Virus record (IMG/VR): IMGVR_UViG_3300042541_001760
Location: 53,689 to 117,688 of that record
DNA length: 64,000 nt
Source of the DNA: a virus
Direction: 5' to 3' (one strand)
Shown here: in pieces, positions 44,721-54,967 of the stretch
How the letters are laid out: every line of letters starts with the position of its first letter
Position numbering within the stretch: the first letter of the stretch is position 1
Program-made: the position numbers and the translations under genes
The notes under the pieces: generated by a model
The model's database searches: none
What the model was told of the DNA's origin: nothing
What the model saw: the letters and a program-made list of their open reading frames with translations, nothing else

Positions 44721-44923
44721 AAAAATATAGATTCTTTTTTCATTATAGACACCAAACAAAGTCAATGTCAATACATTATAGGGGTAAGTGTGTTCCTGTT
44801 AAAGAAGTTATCTGTAATGCTCCGTGTGAGACCAAATGGAATAAGACACAACCTGTGTTGGTAATGCAGGGTTACTCGTCTAATGTTGAATTTATTGAGG
44901 ATAAAGTAATAATTAACGAATAA
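44717..44923 (+). CDS. Hypothetical protein
   Basis: 68-aa ORF overlapping the upstream gene by 4 nt. Confidence 0.35.
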   Translation: MKKYRFFFHYRHQTKSMSIHYRGKCVPVKEVICNAPCETKWNKTQPVLVMQGYSSNVEFIEDKVIINE

Positions 44924-44927
44924 AACT

Positions 44928-45434
44928 ATGAAAAATATAATATTACCCCTATTTTGTTGTCTATTATTATGTTCTTGTTTAGAATATGGTCAACCCCCAT
45001 CTCTTAATCTCCAAGGAGAATATGTTATTGATATGATAACAGTTTCAAAGATAGATAATACTGTTGAGTTAGGTGATTCTGTGTATTATCCTGGTACAAC
45101 ATACATTAACCCCAACGATACATACCCAATGGACACAATTCGTTTGGGTATTACCAAGTGGCATTTTGATTACAATGTGTTGTCTATGTCACCCATTGAA
45201 AATGGTACAGGTGGATATACTTGGCAAAGACAATATTATTATGATGTGATTAACTATAACTCTGATTGGGATATGGGTAACATATCATTCAATTGTGAGG
45301 GATCAAGACGAGTATTTAAAATTGTTAATAAGGCGACAGAGAGTTTGACATTACGATCTTCGGGTCAATGGATTTATGGTAATCACGGACCTAATGTGTC
45401 GATTACTTTAAAATTTACAAGAATAGGTCCTTGA
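44928..45434 (+). CDS. Putative lipoprotein
   Basis: 168 aa. The signal peptide ends LFCCLLLCSCLEYG. Confidence 0.5.
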   Translation: MKNIILPLFCCLLLCSCLEYGQPPSLNLQGEYVIDMITVSKIDNTVELGDSVYYPGTTYINPNDTYPMDTIRLGITKWHFDYNVLSMSPIENGTGGYTWQRQYYYDVINYNSDWDMGNISFNCEGSRRVFKIVNKATESLTLRSSGQWIYGNHGPNVSITLKFTRIGP

Positions 45435-45500
45435 TTTTTTAAAAAAGTTTTGCCATTTAAAAACTAATTTGTATATTTGTAAATATAAAAACTAAACACT

Positions 45501-46013
45501 ATGAAAACTCTATTATCATTCATTTTTATTTTTTTTGTTGGTATTTCTTTCTCACAAGATGTTAAACTTATTGAGTTGGAGGTTAATAAATTGTACGAAC
45601 AATATTCTAAAAAGAGAAATCACGTAATTAAAACGAGATTGGAACTTGATACTCTTGCTTTTTGCCAGTTAAGGTATTTAGAAACATTAACTGATGTAAA
45701 TGATATAACTCACAAAAATCCTGACCCTAAATTTAAAACTTTTAATACGAGAGTTAATAATTATTTCATAAATCTTATGGGTGAATATTTTGCTGAAGTT
45801 ATCTCAGGGTCTTGGAAAAGTAACGGTAATTATATTGACGAAAAAAGTGTCGCTCAAGTGTTATTTAACGCCTTACTTGGATCTCCCGCACATAAAAAAA
45901 TATTGGATAGTAGAAAATTTATAAATTACACATTTAAATCATGTAGACTTGAGAATGGTGGTTTTATTTTAATTGGTGTTTTCTCAAGTAATGAACTATT
46001 CTTTTGGAGATAA
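45501..46013 (+). CDS. Secreted hypothetical protein
   Basis: 170 aa. Signal peptide MKTLLSFIFIFFVGISFSQ. TATATTTG box at 45473-45480. Confidence 0.5.
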   Translation: MKTLLSFIFIFFVGISFSQDVKLIELEVNKLYEQYSKKRNHVIKTRLELDTLAFCQLRYLETLTDVNDITHKNPDPKFKTFNTRVNNYFINLMGEYFAEVISGSWKSNGNYIDEKSVAQVLFNALLGSPAHKKILDSRKFINYTFKSCRLENGGFILIGVFSSNELFFWR

Positions 46014-46023
46014 CATTATTTTA

Positions 46024-47202
46024 CTATCGTAGACCCCCCTCTTTATTGACACGGAATACAGGACATGACATCATAATGTTTTTAGCTTCACCCCTAATTG
46101 GTTTATGTACAGTTGTGCTTGACCCACCACCTCTTTTATTTTTTCCATTAGGAACATATTCTCCAACATTACCTTTAAATTCGGCAATATATCTTGTAGT
46201 AACATTAGTATTTGGAACTGCCGGAACTTTTTCTTCCGATGGTTGAGTAATTTCATTAAATCCAACCCTCACTCTTGGTATTGAGTATTTGTATTTATCG
46301 TAATCTTCAGGTCTTGGGTGTGGTTCACCGCATTGATTTCTTTGTTTTTCATCACTTGATGGTGGTTCCATCTTTTCTTGACCTTTAAGGATGAAAGCCG
46401 TCCCAATGGGTGGATTAGGTCCTGATGTTCCATCATCATGATCACCTTTAGGGTTCTGAATTATGTTCTCGGATCCTTTACACCATTTATTAAACCCATT
46501 GGCGTTAAGTTGTTCTAATATATATGTTTTAACGGCATTGTTCCTTTCGGTGGATAATTGTAAAAATGATTTATCTTTCGCGGATTCCGTATTTCTATAT
46601 CTACTTGCGGAACTATCAACCTGTAATAAGTCAATACAAGCATCTCTATTACCTTTTCCTTCTACAAAAGGTTGTATCATATTAATTGTTATATCTCTTT
46701 TACCTGGTTCGGTTAACTCAGACAAATTATTTACAAAATAGAAATTAGTTAGATTCTCTTTTTTAAAGGTAATTTCCATCCCAGGATTTAATTCTTCAAG
46801 AGGTTTATCTTTATCCTCATCAGAATCTATTTTATCTCTAAAAGTTATAACCTCTATCCATGTATTCTTTCTAGTATACTCAATAGTGTTAGCGGCGAAT
46901 ATCTGTTCCTTTTGACAAATTATTTCCCAAGTCTCCCTAGATGAAGTGTCTTCTTTTGGTATTTTACCATCCACTAATTTTTTATTCGCTAGTGTTTCTT
47001 TATAAAACTCACCTCCAACGTAGTTTGTATTATTTTTCGCCCTCTCATTTGTTGTGAAAAAATTAAAACCGACCGATCGATCATCTGATTTATGAGTTGT
47101 GTTATAAGCAATCTTTGTATTTTGCTCAATAATTAACCTTTTTTCTTTATATAGGTTTAATATTTGATGTCTTTCCTGTTCTGTTACTATAAATTTTTTC
47201 AT
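46024..47202 (-). CDS. Hypothetical protein
   Basis: 392-aa ORF. The overlapping small ORFs 46004-46246 (+) and 46071-46265 (-) are treated as spurious. Confidence 0.55.
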   Translation of the reverse strand: MKKFIVTEQERHQILNLYKEKRLIIEQNTKIAYNTTHKSDDRSVGFNFFTTNERAKNNTNYVGGEFYKETLANKKLVDGKIPKEDTSSRETWEIICQKEQIFAANTIEYTRKNTWIEVITFRDKIDSDEDKDKPLEELNPGMEITFKKENLTNFYFVNNLSELTEPGKRDITINMIQPFVEGKGNRDACIDLLQVDSSASRYRNTESAKDKSFLQLSTERNNAVKTYILEQLNANGFNKWCKGSENIIQNPKGDHDDGTSGPNPPIGTAFILKGQEKMEPPSSDEKQRNQCGEPHPRPEDYDKYKYSIPRVRVGFNEITQPSEEKVPAVPNTNVTTRYIAEFKGNVGEYVPNGKNKRGGGSSTTVHKPIRGEAKNIMMSCPVFRVNKEGGLR

Positions 47203-47522
47203 TAGAATAATTCGCTTTTTGGTAATTTATCTTGGTATATTGTATAATACTCATTTAAAAATGATAACAATTCTTGATGATCAATATAATCAATATCGTC
47301 AGATAGGAAACTCTCAAAGAAGTCATCATCATTGTCATCACTAAATTCATCCAAGAACTCTGAATCGGATTTTATTATATCATAACCAAATGCGGAAATC
47401 TCAACAATGGGAATCTCGTCATTTCTAAGTTGATTATCCTCATCGTCTAATGTCCTAAAACTAACTTCTAATGTTTCCGCCGCATTATTAACGTAGTACG
47501 ACACAATTTCCCTAATCTCCAT
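47202..47522 (-). CDS. Small acidic protein
   Basis: 106-aa ORF, strongly acidic. Confidence 0.45.
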   Translation of the reverse strand: MEIREIVSYYVNNAAETLEVSFRTLDDEDNQLRNDEIPIVEISAFGYDIIKSDSEFLDEFSDDNDDDFFESFLSDDIDYIDHQELLSFLNEYYTIYQDKLPKSELF

Positions 47523-47523
47523 A

Positions 47524-48060
47524 TTAATTGTATTTATTAACCCTTCTGAACCAATCTAATGACTCATTTACGTTATCTTTAATGTCCCCAACGGAATCTT
47601 CATCCTCAACATCATCAAGGAATTTAACATCAATCTCAAATTTTGGATCTTCGTCACCTTCATCTTCAAATGACTCATCATCTTCATATAAATCATAAGA
47701 ACCGCCACACCATTCACACTGTTCGTCGGTAAATTCATCATATCCAAGACCATTACAATGAGTGCATAAATCTTCACCATCTTCGTCACCCATTGTTCCG
47801 TATTCTAAATCATCCTCACCATCACCAATCATATCTAATGGTAGATCCATACTTTCGTTGATGCCCATATTTGTGTATTTCTTGACCTCACCCCTATTAT
47901 TAACGGTAATACCATTTTTATCGTTGGCTAAATCCTGAACATACAAAGGTTGTTCCTTATTAGTTCCGTAATTGGTAACATAACCATCATAAAGGTGTTT
48001 ATGTTTGTCAAGGATGTTGTTTCTTTCTTCCTCTGTAATGTTAAAAAAGTATGCTGCCAT
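47524..48060 (-). CDS. DnaJ-type zinc-finger (2x CxxCxGxG) acidic protein, paralogue of 26359-27102
   Basis: 178 aa. CTHCNGLGYDEFTDEQCEWCGGSYD. TATAAATATAT box at 48077-48087. Confidence 0.5.
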   Translation of the reverse strand: MAAYFFNITEEERNNILDKHKHLYDGYVTNYGTNKEQPLYVQDLANDKNGITVNNRGEVKKYTNMGINESMDLPLDMIGDGEDDLEYGTMGDEDGEDLCTHCNGLGYDEFTDEQCEWCGGSYDLYEDDESFEDEGDEDPKFEIDVKFLDDVEDEDSVGDIKDNVNESLDWFRRVNKYN

Positions 48061-48121
48061 ATCGTTATATTTTACTTATAAATATATTGATTAGTTAAAA
48101 TAATAGTTATATGATTAAAAT

Positions 48122-48373
48122 ATGAAATTTAATTTTGAAGACTTCCCAGAAGATGCCATCGTATTGGACGGATTGGATGAAGCAATAATAGGTATCACCG
48201 AGGAATTCGGAGGTAATGGTAGAGTATTATATTCAAGAGAAAAAATACTTGATATACTACAAAAGAGGGATGGTATGACGGAAGAAGAATCCGTTGAGTT
48301 TTACTATTTTAATATAGTTGGGTTATATGCCTCTGAAAGTAATCCTATTTTTTTGGTTACAGATAAATTTTAA
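48122..48373 (+). CDS. Hypothetical protein
   Basis: 83-aa ORF. Confidence 0.4.
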   Translation: MKFNFEDFPEDAIVLDGLDEAIIGITEEFGGNGRVLYSREKILDILQKRDGMTEEESVEFYYFNIVGLYASESNPIFLVTDKF

Positions 48374-48953
48374 CAATTAAACTAACTATTTTTGATGAGT
48401 ATCGGTTAACCATACTTGATATTCTACTGATGTCGTAATCACCATTTTTCTTATCCATTATTTTCATTACCCCACTTATCAAATTGTTTTTAACCTCATC
48501 AGCCATTTCCAAAACATCGTCAAAATGTTCATTGGTTTCTTTGTAATGGAATTCGTGTGCGATTCTTTCTTTACCCAGATAAAAATATTGTGAGGACTGT
48601 AACATATTTGTAATCCCCGATTTTTGTAATGCCTTATAATACTTCCATAATAGGTTCATATTAAAATTCTCAAATATCTCCCTATTGTCGTGTATTACCT
48701 TAGCATCCATCTCAGTGATATTACCTCTTTTTTTAGCCTTTCTATCTTCAAGGTCTTTTAATAACATATACTTATCTTCGTTGGCTAACAGGGCTAATTT
48801 GGATCCGTTATCCCAATCCATACTATATTGTATTTGGTCAATCACAAAACTTTTTCTTGTAACCGTTCCTTTTATACCGGCAATTAAATCTTCACCGGAC
48901 ATTGCCAATAACACGATTCTATCACCAACTTCTAACTCAGGGTTCATTTTCAT
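48357..48953 (-). CDS. Hypothetical protein
   Basis: 198-aa ORF. AATAAATATAAG box at 48969-48980. Confidence 0.5.
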   Translation of the reverse strand: MKMNPELEVGDRIVLLAMSGEDLIAGIKGTVTRKSFVIDQIQYSMDWDNGSKLALLANEDKYMLLKDLEDRKAKKRGNITEMDAKVIHDNREIFENFNMNLLWKYYKALQKSGITNMLQSSQYFYLGKERIAHEFHYKETNEHFDDVLEMADEVKNNLISGVMKIMDKKNGDYDISRISSMVNRYSSKIVSLIVKIYL

Positions 48954-48997
48954 AATATTTTTTTTAACAATAAATATAAGCGTAGTATTTATATATT

Positions 48998-49627
48998 ATG
49001 AATTTTAACATTTTAATTAGCGAAAGTCAAAGAAAAAAGCTTATTATTGAAAGTGTTGGTGATAATTTAGGTAAAGACACCAAAAAATTATTTGACCTAA
49101 CCAAGAACGTAATAAATCAATCTTCAGAACAACTGGGGATGAATTTACAATTTATGTTAACTTGGGGAGCGTCAATTGGGGGTCTAATGGGGCCTTTAAG
49201 TGATTACATTGAGGGTAGGTCCCCTTCCATTACTGATATGGATAAAAGTTTGATTTTAGTTGGTGTCATATCTGTTTTATATTATGACAACAAAGAAGCA
49301 ATTGAAAAAATTCTAAGAAAGATTAAAGAAAATGGGTTATCTGATGATTTTTTGGATACTCTAAGAAAAGGTAAGGAAATTAAAAAGACGTTCTTGGATT
49401 TCTTATCGTCATTGAATATATCGGCTCATAAGATGACAAACATTATGAGTTATACTTTCATAATACCACTATTACCGATGTTATATACCATTTCACAATC
49501 GGGAGATGTATCACCTGAAGATATTGAAAGTATTGTAAGGAGAATTGCCGGATTCGGTATGTTAACCATTTCAGGTATTACCTTGAAGGAGTTAATCAGT
49601 AAGGTTATTCGGAGGTTTAGTGATTAA
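48998..49627 (+). CDS. Hypothetical membrane-associated protein with leader type b (MNFNILISESQRKKLIIESVGD)
   Basis: 209 aa. Its N-terminus parallels MKILVSESQYKRLVESLLDES of the lysin at 22877. Confidence 0.5.
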   Translation: MNFNILISESQRKKLIIESVGDNLGKDTKKLFDLTKNVINQSSEQLGMNLQFMLTWGASIGGLMGPLSDYIEGRSPSITDMDKSLILVGVISVLYYDNKEAIEKILRKIKENGLSDDFLDTLRKGKEIKKTFLDFLSSLNISAHKMTNIMSYTFIIPLLPMLYTISQSGDVSPEDIESIVRRIAGFGMLTISGITLKELISKVIRRFSD

Positions 49628-50027
49628 TATTATTTATGGTTTCATAAATATATGAAACATTAATTTTCAGTTCATCGTTAGCGGCACTAAAATTTAGATA
49701 AGGTACCATTGGACCCATTAAAGTATAATCTCTAGGACCAGGATTACCAACAAAATTATATTCATTATTGAGACCTAACTTATCAAAAAAACTTTCCACT
49801 TTATAGGTAAGTTGACGTGATGTACTACATATATCATCCAAGTCCCCCTCAGAATAAACAGATAAATAAAAATCAAAATTAATCTCCTCAACAGAACCTT
49901 TAAGGATAAAAGGAGTGATATCAATTTTTAATTCATCCCCCTCATATCCGAGTTCGTTTAACAACATATATTTTATATTCTGAGTTCTTTTTTTTATGAA
50001 CTCCGGATTAGACACATCATTTTTCAT
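49617..50027 (-). CDS. Hypothetical protein
   Basis: 136-aa ORF. Confidence 0.45.
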   Translation of the reverse strand: MKNDVSNPEFIKKRTQNIKYMLLNELGYEGDELKIDITPFILKGSVEEINFDFYLSVYSEGDLDDICSTSRQLTYKVESFFDKLGLNNEYNFVGNPGPRDYTLMGPMVPYLNFSAANDELKINVSYIYETINNINH

Positions 50028-50030
50028 TAT

Positions 50031-50372
50031 CTATATATTAATTTGATTTAGTTTTGCTCTATGCCCTAAATTTAACATTTCAAAAAATTCATCAACTTTA
50101 TTGGTTATTCCACGCTCAAATAAGTAAGTTTTGTCATATAATTTGTTAAATATTGGTGCTAACATGCCGCTATACGACAAAACATCAATATCAAATACAA
50201 TATAATCAGTCCAAGTACCAACTAATATCATTTCTTTAGTTCCAACAATTCTTAGTTTAAATTTTATTTCAATCTCAATCTCATCAAAATTGACAACAGG
50301 TCCGGCATAAGTAAGAACTTTCTTATCTAACCTATCATTTATTTTTTGTATGAATTCCTCAGATATCTTCAT
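50031..50372 (-). CDS. Hypothetical protein
   Basis: 113-aa ORF. Confidence 0.45.
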   Translation of the reverse strand: MKISEEFIQKINDRLDKKVLTYAGPVVNFDEIEIEIKFKLRIVGTKEMILVGTWTDYIVFDIDVLSYSGMLAPIFNKLYDKTYLFERGITNKVDEFFEMLNLGHRAKLNQINI

Positions 50373-50797
50373 CCCTTATTAATTTTTTTTGTGGAGATTA
50401 TCTCAACACCCTTACCTTTATTTTTAAGAGTTATCTCTTTTTCATTTGGATATAAGATATTATTTTCAAGGGTTTCCATAACATCCACCATTGATTTTTT
50501 TGCCTTTACCGTAACCAAATAATATTCCTCTCCACTTCCTGTAACATAATCGTGGGACGATAATAGGTTTTTCCTGTCGGTAGAGTAGTGGGATCCTAAT
50601 TCCTCTTTATTGATATCGTCTTTTGAGTCAACGGATAATATGCGATATAGTTTTAGTTCTTCGGGTAACTCTTTAACATAACTAACAATATCCCCCAATT
50701 CAGATTTAGCATCCTCACCGGTAATGTCCATTGTTTTAAGCAACGACATTAAACGCTTCTTATTTATTGTTTCATTTAGTAACCCTAATAACTTCAT
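50369..50797 (-). CDS. Hypothetical protein
   Basis: 142-aa ORF overlapping the downstream gene by 4 nt. Confidence 0.45.
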   Translation of the reverse strand: MKLLGLLNETINKKRLMSLLKTMDITGEDAKSELGDIVSYVKELPEELKLYRILSVDSKDDINKEELGSHYSTDRKNLLSSHDYVTGSGEEYYLVTVKAKKSMVDVMETLENNILYPNEKEITLKNKGKGVEIISTKKINKG

Positions 50798-51150
50798 ACT
50801 AATAAATACATACTATGTCTTCTTCGTGAATAATTTCTCTTCAAAAATCTCAAAATAAAACTCATCCATACAAAAATAGAGTCGTTTTGCTTTTTTGTCT
50901 TTAACTAAATTACCCATCTCAACTAGTTTAGGTTGATTGGAAAGTGGAACTGATATCGTCTTGCTTTTTGCCATAATAGCAAAGATACGAAAAATTATCT
51001 TCCCTGCCCTTTATATTTTTTAGGTTTTTCCGCTTTAGGTCCAAATTTCTTTTTGAATTTACCTGTTCTTTTTCTTCCGAAAGAAACTTTAGTGGAAGAT
51101 GATGATGTTTTTGATGCCATATGATATAAGTTTATAGTAAATAAATATAC

Positions 51151-51188
51151 CAAAAACAAAAAGGGGCCGTAGCGAATGGCCCCTTTTA
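51151..51188 (-). terminator. Rho-independent terminator (minus strand)
   Basis: GGGGCC-GTAGCGAAT-GGCCCC hairpin. On the minus strand it is followed by TTTTTGTTTTTGG. Confidence 0.5.
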
Positions 51189-51237
51189 ACTTTCCGTCAC
51201 TACAACGGTCCTAAAGTCCCCACAAGTAATCGGGGAG

Positions 51238-51753
51238 TTATTTTCCTTTGATTAGCATTAAACAACGCTTCAAATATTCCTTCGTTCTTGGTGATGGAGT
51301 GTAATCATCATTCTTAGTTTGTAATGATAATACTTTCTCAATGTCTTTTACTAGTTCATCCCCGTGTTCATTCTCTTTATACAACTCAATAATCTTCTCC
51401 ATCGCTTGATTACACTCACCTGAAGTTTCATCAAAATAATTTCTTGTTTTGAATTTGTTCAAATGGTGAAGTAGGTCGTAAGATAAATGTTCACCCTTAT
51501 CTTTGATGTCATTATTCAATCTAATAGTTTTAAGAAGGTCTAGTGTATCAACAATACCATTTATACCACCAGATCTCTTGGTAATTGATGGTGCGTATGT
51601 CTTGAAACTATCAGAGTCACCAACAATCTCATCCAAAGACGCAGTATTTGTTGTTAAACATCTTTGTTTTTTCTCCTCAACTTGTTCTTCTTCGGAGATT
51701 ACTCTCTTAACTATTTTTTTAATATCGCTTTCAGTTAATTTTATAACTTTCAT
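51238..51753 (-). CDS. Hypothetical protein with leader type b (MKVIKLTESDIKKIVKRVISEEE)
   Basis: 171 aa. Its N-terminus parallels the N-terminus of 12270-12659. Confidence 0.5.
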   Translation of the reverse strand: MKVIKLTESDIKKIVKRVISEEEQVEEKKQRCLTTNTASLDEIVGDSDSFKTYAPSITKRSGGINGIVDTLDLLKTIRLNNDIKDKGEHLSYDLLHHLNKFKTRNYFDETSGECNQAMEKIIELYKENEHGDELVKDIEKVLSLQTKNDDYTPSPRTKEYLKRCLMLIKGK

Positions 51754-51794
51754 AATTTATCCTTTTAGAATAAATACTTCAAAAGCAATAAAAA

Positions 51795-52013
51795 TTATTT
51801 ATTATCATCGTTTTCTTCCACGACAAGTTTATCCGAGTGAATATGAACCCAGATATCCCAAATAAAGAAATAAAGGAACCATTGAATTTTTGATAATTCA
51901 AATTCGGTTGGGTTACTTAAATTCATAAATAAATAATATAAAACGTACCCACCCGCAACTATTTTTGATAATCCTAATATTATCCCAAATATTTTTTTTA
52001 GAATCTCGTTCAT
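51795..52013 (-). CDS. Small two-TM membrane protein
   Basis: 72 aa with two hydrophobic segments. Confidence 0.35.
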   Translation of the reverse strand: MNEILKKIFGIILGLSKIVAGGYVLYYLFMNLSNPTEFELSKIQWFLYFFIWDIWVHIHSDKLVVEENDDNK

Positions 52014-52438
52014 AATTTTACTGTAAATCTATTTTTCATCATTTCTAATTTATCATCAGGAACTCCGTGTTCGTTTTTACCTCCGTGACGATTTTCTGTA
52101 ATAATGGAAGTCACGCGATAACCTAGTTCTTCTGCCATCTTATAATAATCGTCCATCTCCCATTCTTGTGTAAATGTGTTGGATACCACAACAGGTGAAT
52201 GTTCGTATTTCATAAGATGCGCAACTTCTGCCTTACACCAAGAGTGAGCGTCTTTTATTTTTGAGGGGTCAAAATTATAGTTACCCTCTCTATCAACAAA
52301 AAACATATCAGCTTCCTTATGACAATAATCCTTATCAACCAATAATTTAGCCAATGTTGATTTACCTGACCCAGGTAGTCCACGAAGTAATATCAGATTT
52401 TTTTCCATATCACAAATGTAGTGTTTTTTTAAACACAA
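52010..52438 (-). CDS. P-loop kinase, polynucleotide-kinase-like (kinase domain only)
   Basis: 142 aa. Walker A LRGLPGSGKSTLAKLL resembles the T4 Pnk N-terminal GCPGSGKST. No phosphatase domain is attached. Confidence 0.6.
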   Translation of the reverse strand: MCLKKHYICDMEKNLILLRGLPGSGKSTLAKLLVDKDYCHKEADMFFVDREGNYNFDPSKIKDAHSWCKAEVAHLMKYEHSPVVVSNTFTQEWEMDDYYKMAEELGYRVTSIITENRHGGKNEHGVPDDKLEMMKNRFTVKL

Positions 52439-52444
52439 AACAAA

Positions 52445-52454
52445 GTATATTTAT
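52445..52454 (+). promoter_or_regulatory. Putative -7 promoter box (GTATATTTAT)
   Basis: 7 nt upstream of ATG 52461. Confidence 0.3.
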
Positions 52455-52460
52455 AAAAAT

Positions 52461-53450
52461 ATGTTAATACGACTATTGTTTTTATTTTTGTTATTTTCAG
52501 GAACATTACTTGGTCAATGTATACCAATAGACGCCGGTTCTGATTTTGTTTTAAATTGTAGTAACCCTTGTACGACTTTGGTTGGTAATTACACTCAAAC
52601 ATTAGAAACAACATCTTATTTAATTTCATCAATCCCATATAACCCTAATCCTTATACTGTTGGGACTTTATATACAATACCAATTGACGATAGATGGTCT
52701 GGCGTGATAAACCTACCGTTCCCTTTTTGTTTTTTTGGTAATACATATAACCAATTTGTTTTGGGAACAAATGGTATCATCTCGTTTAATCTATCATACG
52801 CAAATCTATATTGCCCTTGGCCGTTCACTAACACCATCCCAACGAATTGGGCGACCCCCGCACCAGGTTTTCCAAGATCAATGATTGGTCTGTATCACGA
52901 TATTGACCCATCAGTTGCGTCAGACCCAACCGAACCTTGTCAACCAAATTGCGGTGAAGTTAGATATGGAGTTTATGGGAATTATCCTTGTAGAAAATTC
53001 ATAATATCATTTAATAATATACCACATTATAATTGTAATTTAAACCGATCTAAATTCCAATTAGTATTGTGTGAACTGACCAATGTTATTGAAATTCATG
53101 TAGAAAAAAAGCAAACCTGTGGGTCTTGGAATGGGGGTAGGGCATGTTTGGGAATTCAAAATGGACTTGGTACAATAGGATACGCCCCACCAGGGAGAAA
53201 TACAGGAAATTACACCATATTTATACCTGAGGCGTGGAGATTTAGTCCTAACGGATCGGTATCGTCATTTCCTAAATGGGTAGACCCAAATGGATTAGTT
53301 GTCTCAAATACTAACACATTAACCGATTGTTTTAATTCGGGTCAATATTCATTTATGGTTAATTACAATTGCCCACAAAATCTAACATTGGTTGATAATG
53401 TTAATGTGAATATTATTAATAACATAAATGTGGAATTATATACTGACTGA
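52461..53450 (+). CDS. Secreted hypothetical protein
   Basis: 329 aa. Signal peptide MLIRLLFLFLLFSGTLLGQ. Cys-rich. Confidence 0.5.
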   Translation: MLIRLLFLFLLFSGTLLGQCIPIDAGSDFVLNCSNPCTTLVGNYTQTLETTSYLISSIPYNPNPYTVGTLYTIPIDDRWSGVINLPFPFCFFGNTYNQFVLGTNGIISFNLSYANLYCPWPFTNTIPTNWATPAPGFPRSMIGLYHDIDPSVASDPTEPCQPNCGEVRYGVYGNYPCRKFIISFNNIPHYNCNLNRSKFQLVLCELTNVIEIHVEKKQTCGSWNGGRACLGIQNGLGTIGYAPPGRNTGNYTIFIPEAWRFSPNGSVSSFPKWVDPNGLVVSNTNTLTDCFNSGQYSFMVNYNCPQNLTLVDNVNVNIINNINVELYTD

Positions 53451-53473
53451 TATTTATTATAAAAATTAAAAAT

Positions 53474-53845
53474 ATGAATTTAGATAATCTAATACGAAGA
53501 ATTCTTAAGGAAGAATTTGAAAGTGATTACTTACCGAACTTAACCGGTGTTGTAATTGAAGAGGATGAGTATGGTTCTGTGGAGTTAATTATGATTAATG
53601 AAGCCAAATACCATAATAAGACGGTAACCTTAAATAAACCTTTCTACACCCCTGGCGGACCTAAAAAGCGTTCAGTTTATGTTAAAAACGCAAAGGGTAA
53701 TGTGGTTAAAGTTAATTTTGGGGATCCGAATATGAGAATAAAAAAATCAAGTCCGTCACATCGTAAATCATTCAGGGCTAGACATAATTGTCAAAATCCC
53801 GGACCAAAGACTTCTGCCAAATACTGGAGCTGCAGGGCTTGGTAA
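53474..53845 (+). CDS. Hypothetical protein with leader-like N-terminus (MNLDNLIRRILKEEF)
   Basis: 123 aa. Basic, Cys-containing C-terminus. Confidence 0.5.
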   Translation: MNLDNLIRRILKEEFESDYLPNLTGVVIEEDEYGSVELIMINEAKYHNKTVTLNKPFYTPGGPKKRSVYVKNAKGNVVKVNFGDPNMRIKKSSPSHRKSFRARHNCQNPGPKTSAKYWSCRAW

Positions 53846-53876
53846 ACAAAAAAGGGACTTAATGTCCCTTTTTAAT
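53846..53876. terminator. Bidirectional rho-independent terminator
   Basis: AAGGGAC-TTAAT-GTCCCTT hairpin flanked by A and T runs, between convergent genes. Confidence 0.55.
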
Positions 53877-54967
53877 TAATATCCACCGTCTTGTCTTGGG
53901 TCTTCACTTAATGTCCGAACCCAATCACTAATCTCGGCCGTAATAGTTGTTGTGATATCACCTGTTGTAGTAATAGTCACATTTGGATTATCATTAATCA
54001 AAGTAAGTCCTTGACCCTGACCTACAATTCTATTATTCTCATACTCTCTTTCGTCATACACAGGAATAAGTTCATTTTCATAACGATTAGCTCTAATTAC
54101 ATCTGAGTATTTATCTTCTTCCGCCTTTCTTGTTTCGGGATCCAAATATTCTAAATTATCCTTGGTGTCTTTTATCTCCTCTCTAATAACATCCAAAATT
54201 TCACTGGTTAATTCAGTCATCAAAGAATCAATACGACTATCCTTTTCATTCCAAAAAGTTATTTCTTTCTCATAGATATAATAATGTATTGCTACCTTAT
54301 AACCCGTGTTTTTATTAATTGCGTAAATTAGAATAGACCCCTTAGCATACTTAAAGAAATATTGTGGGTCATTTTCCATTGTCGTACACCACTTTGTCCC
54401 CGCTCCGTATTTTCTTGATGAACTAAAAGTTAAAGGTCTAATTATCAACCATCCGCTCTCATCGTTATCATATACCACCTTAACTTGTTTTTCCAAATTT
54501 TTATCCATAACCTTAAGTTCCGATACTGAAACCTCTCTCATTAACTCAGAAAAAGTTTTATAGGTTGTGATATCTTTATTAACAATTAAATTTCTTTCAT
54601 TATACTCAATAAAAGTTTTAAGTGTTTGGATATCGCTAGAAGATAACAATCTATCCATAAAAGATGAAACCACACTTAATTCTATCTTAGTTAAACTATA
54701 TACTTTTTTGGCGTCAAGACCGTAACCAACTAAACCTGTTCTAATATCCTCATAATAGTAATCAGAATATCTTTCCGTGTCGTTATTCTCATTCTTTAAA
54801 ATGTTCGTGAGTAACTCAATATATTTACTTTTTTCGTTGGGTAGTATAAAAGTGAAGACATCATAAACACTTAGGTTTAGGAATTTATTTTGTTTTTTTA
54901 GTTCGTCTATTTTTGACATATCGTTATTTGTTAAATCTGTTAAGAGCGTTTTCAGTAATGAATACAA
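53876..54967 (-). CDS. Hypothetical protein
   Basis: 363-aa ORF. Overlaps the upstream gene by 44 nt. Confidence 0.5.
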   Translation of the reverse strand: MYSLLKTLLTDLTNNDMSKIDELKKQNKFLNLSVYDVFTFILPNEKSKYIELLTNILKNENNDTERYSDYYYEDIRTGLVGYGLDAKKVYSLTKIELSVVSSFMDRLLSSSDIQTLKTFIEYNERNLIVNKDITTYKTFSELMREVSVSELKVMDKNLEKQVKVVYDNDESGWLIIRPLTFSSSRKYGAGTKWCTTMENDPQYFFKYAKGSILIYAINKNTGYKVAIHYYIYEKEITFWNEKDSRIDSLMTELTSEILDVIREEIKDTKDNLEYLDPETRKAEEDKYSDVIRANRYENELIPVYDEREYENNRIVGQGQGLTLINDNPNVTITTTGDITTTITAEISDWVRTLSEDPRQDGGY

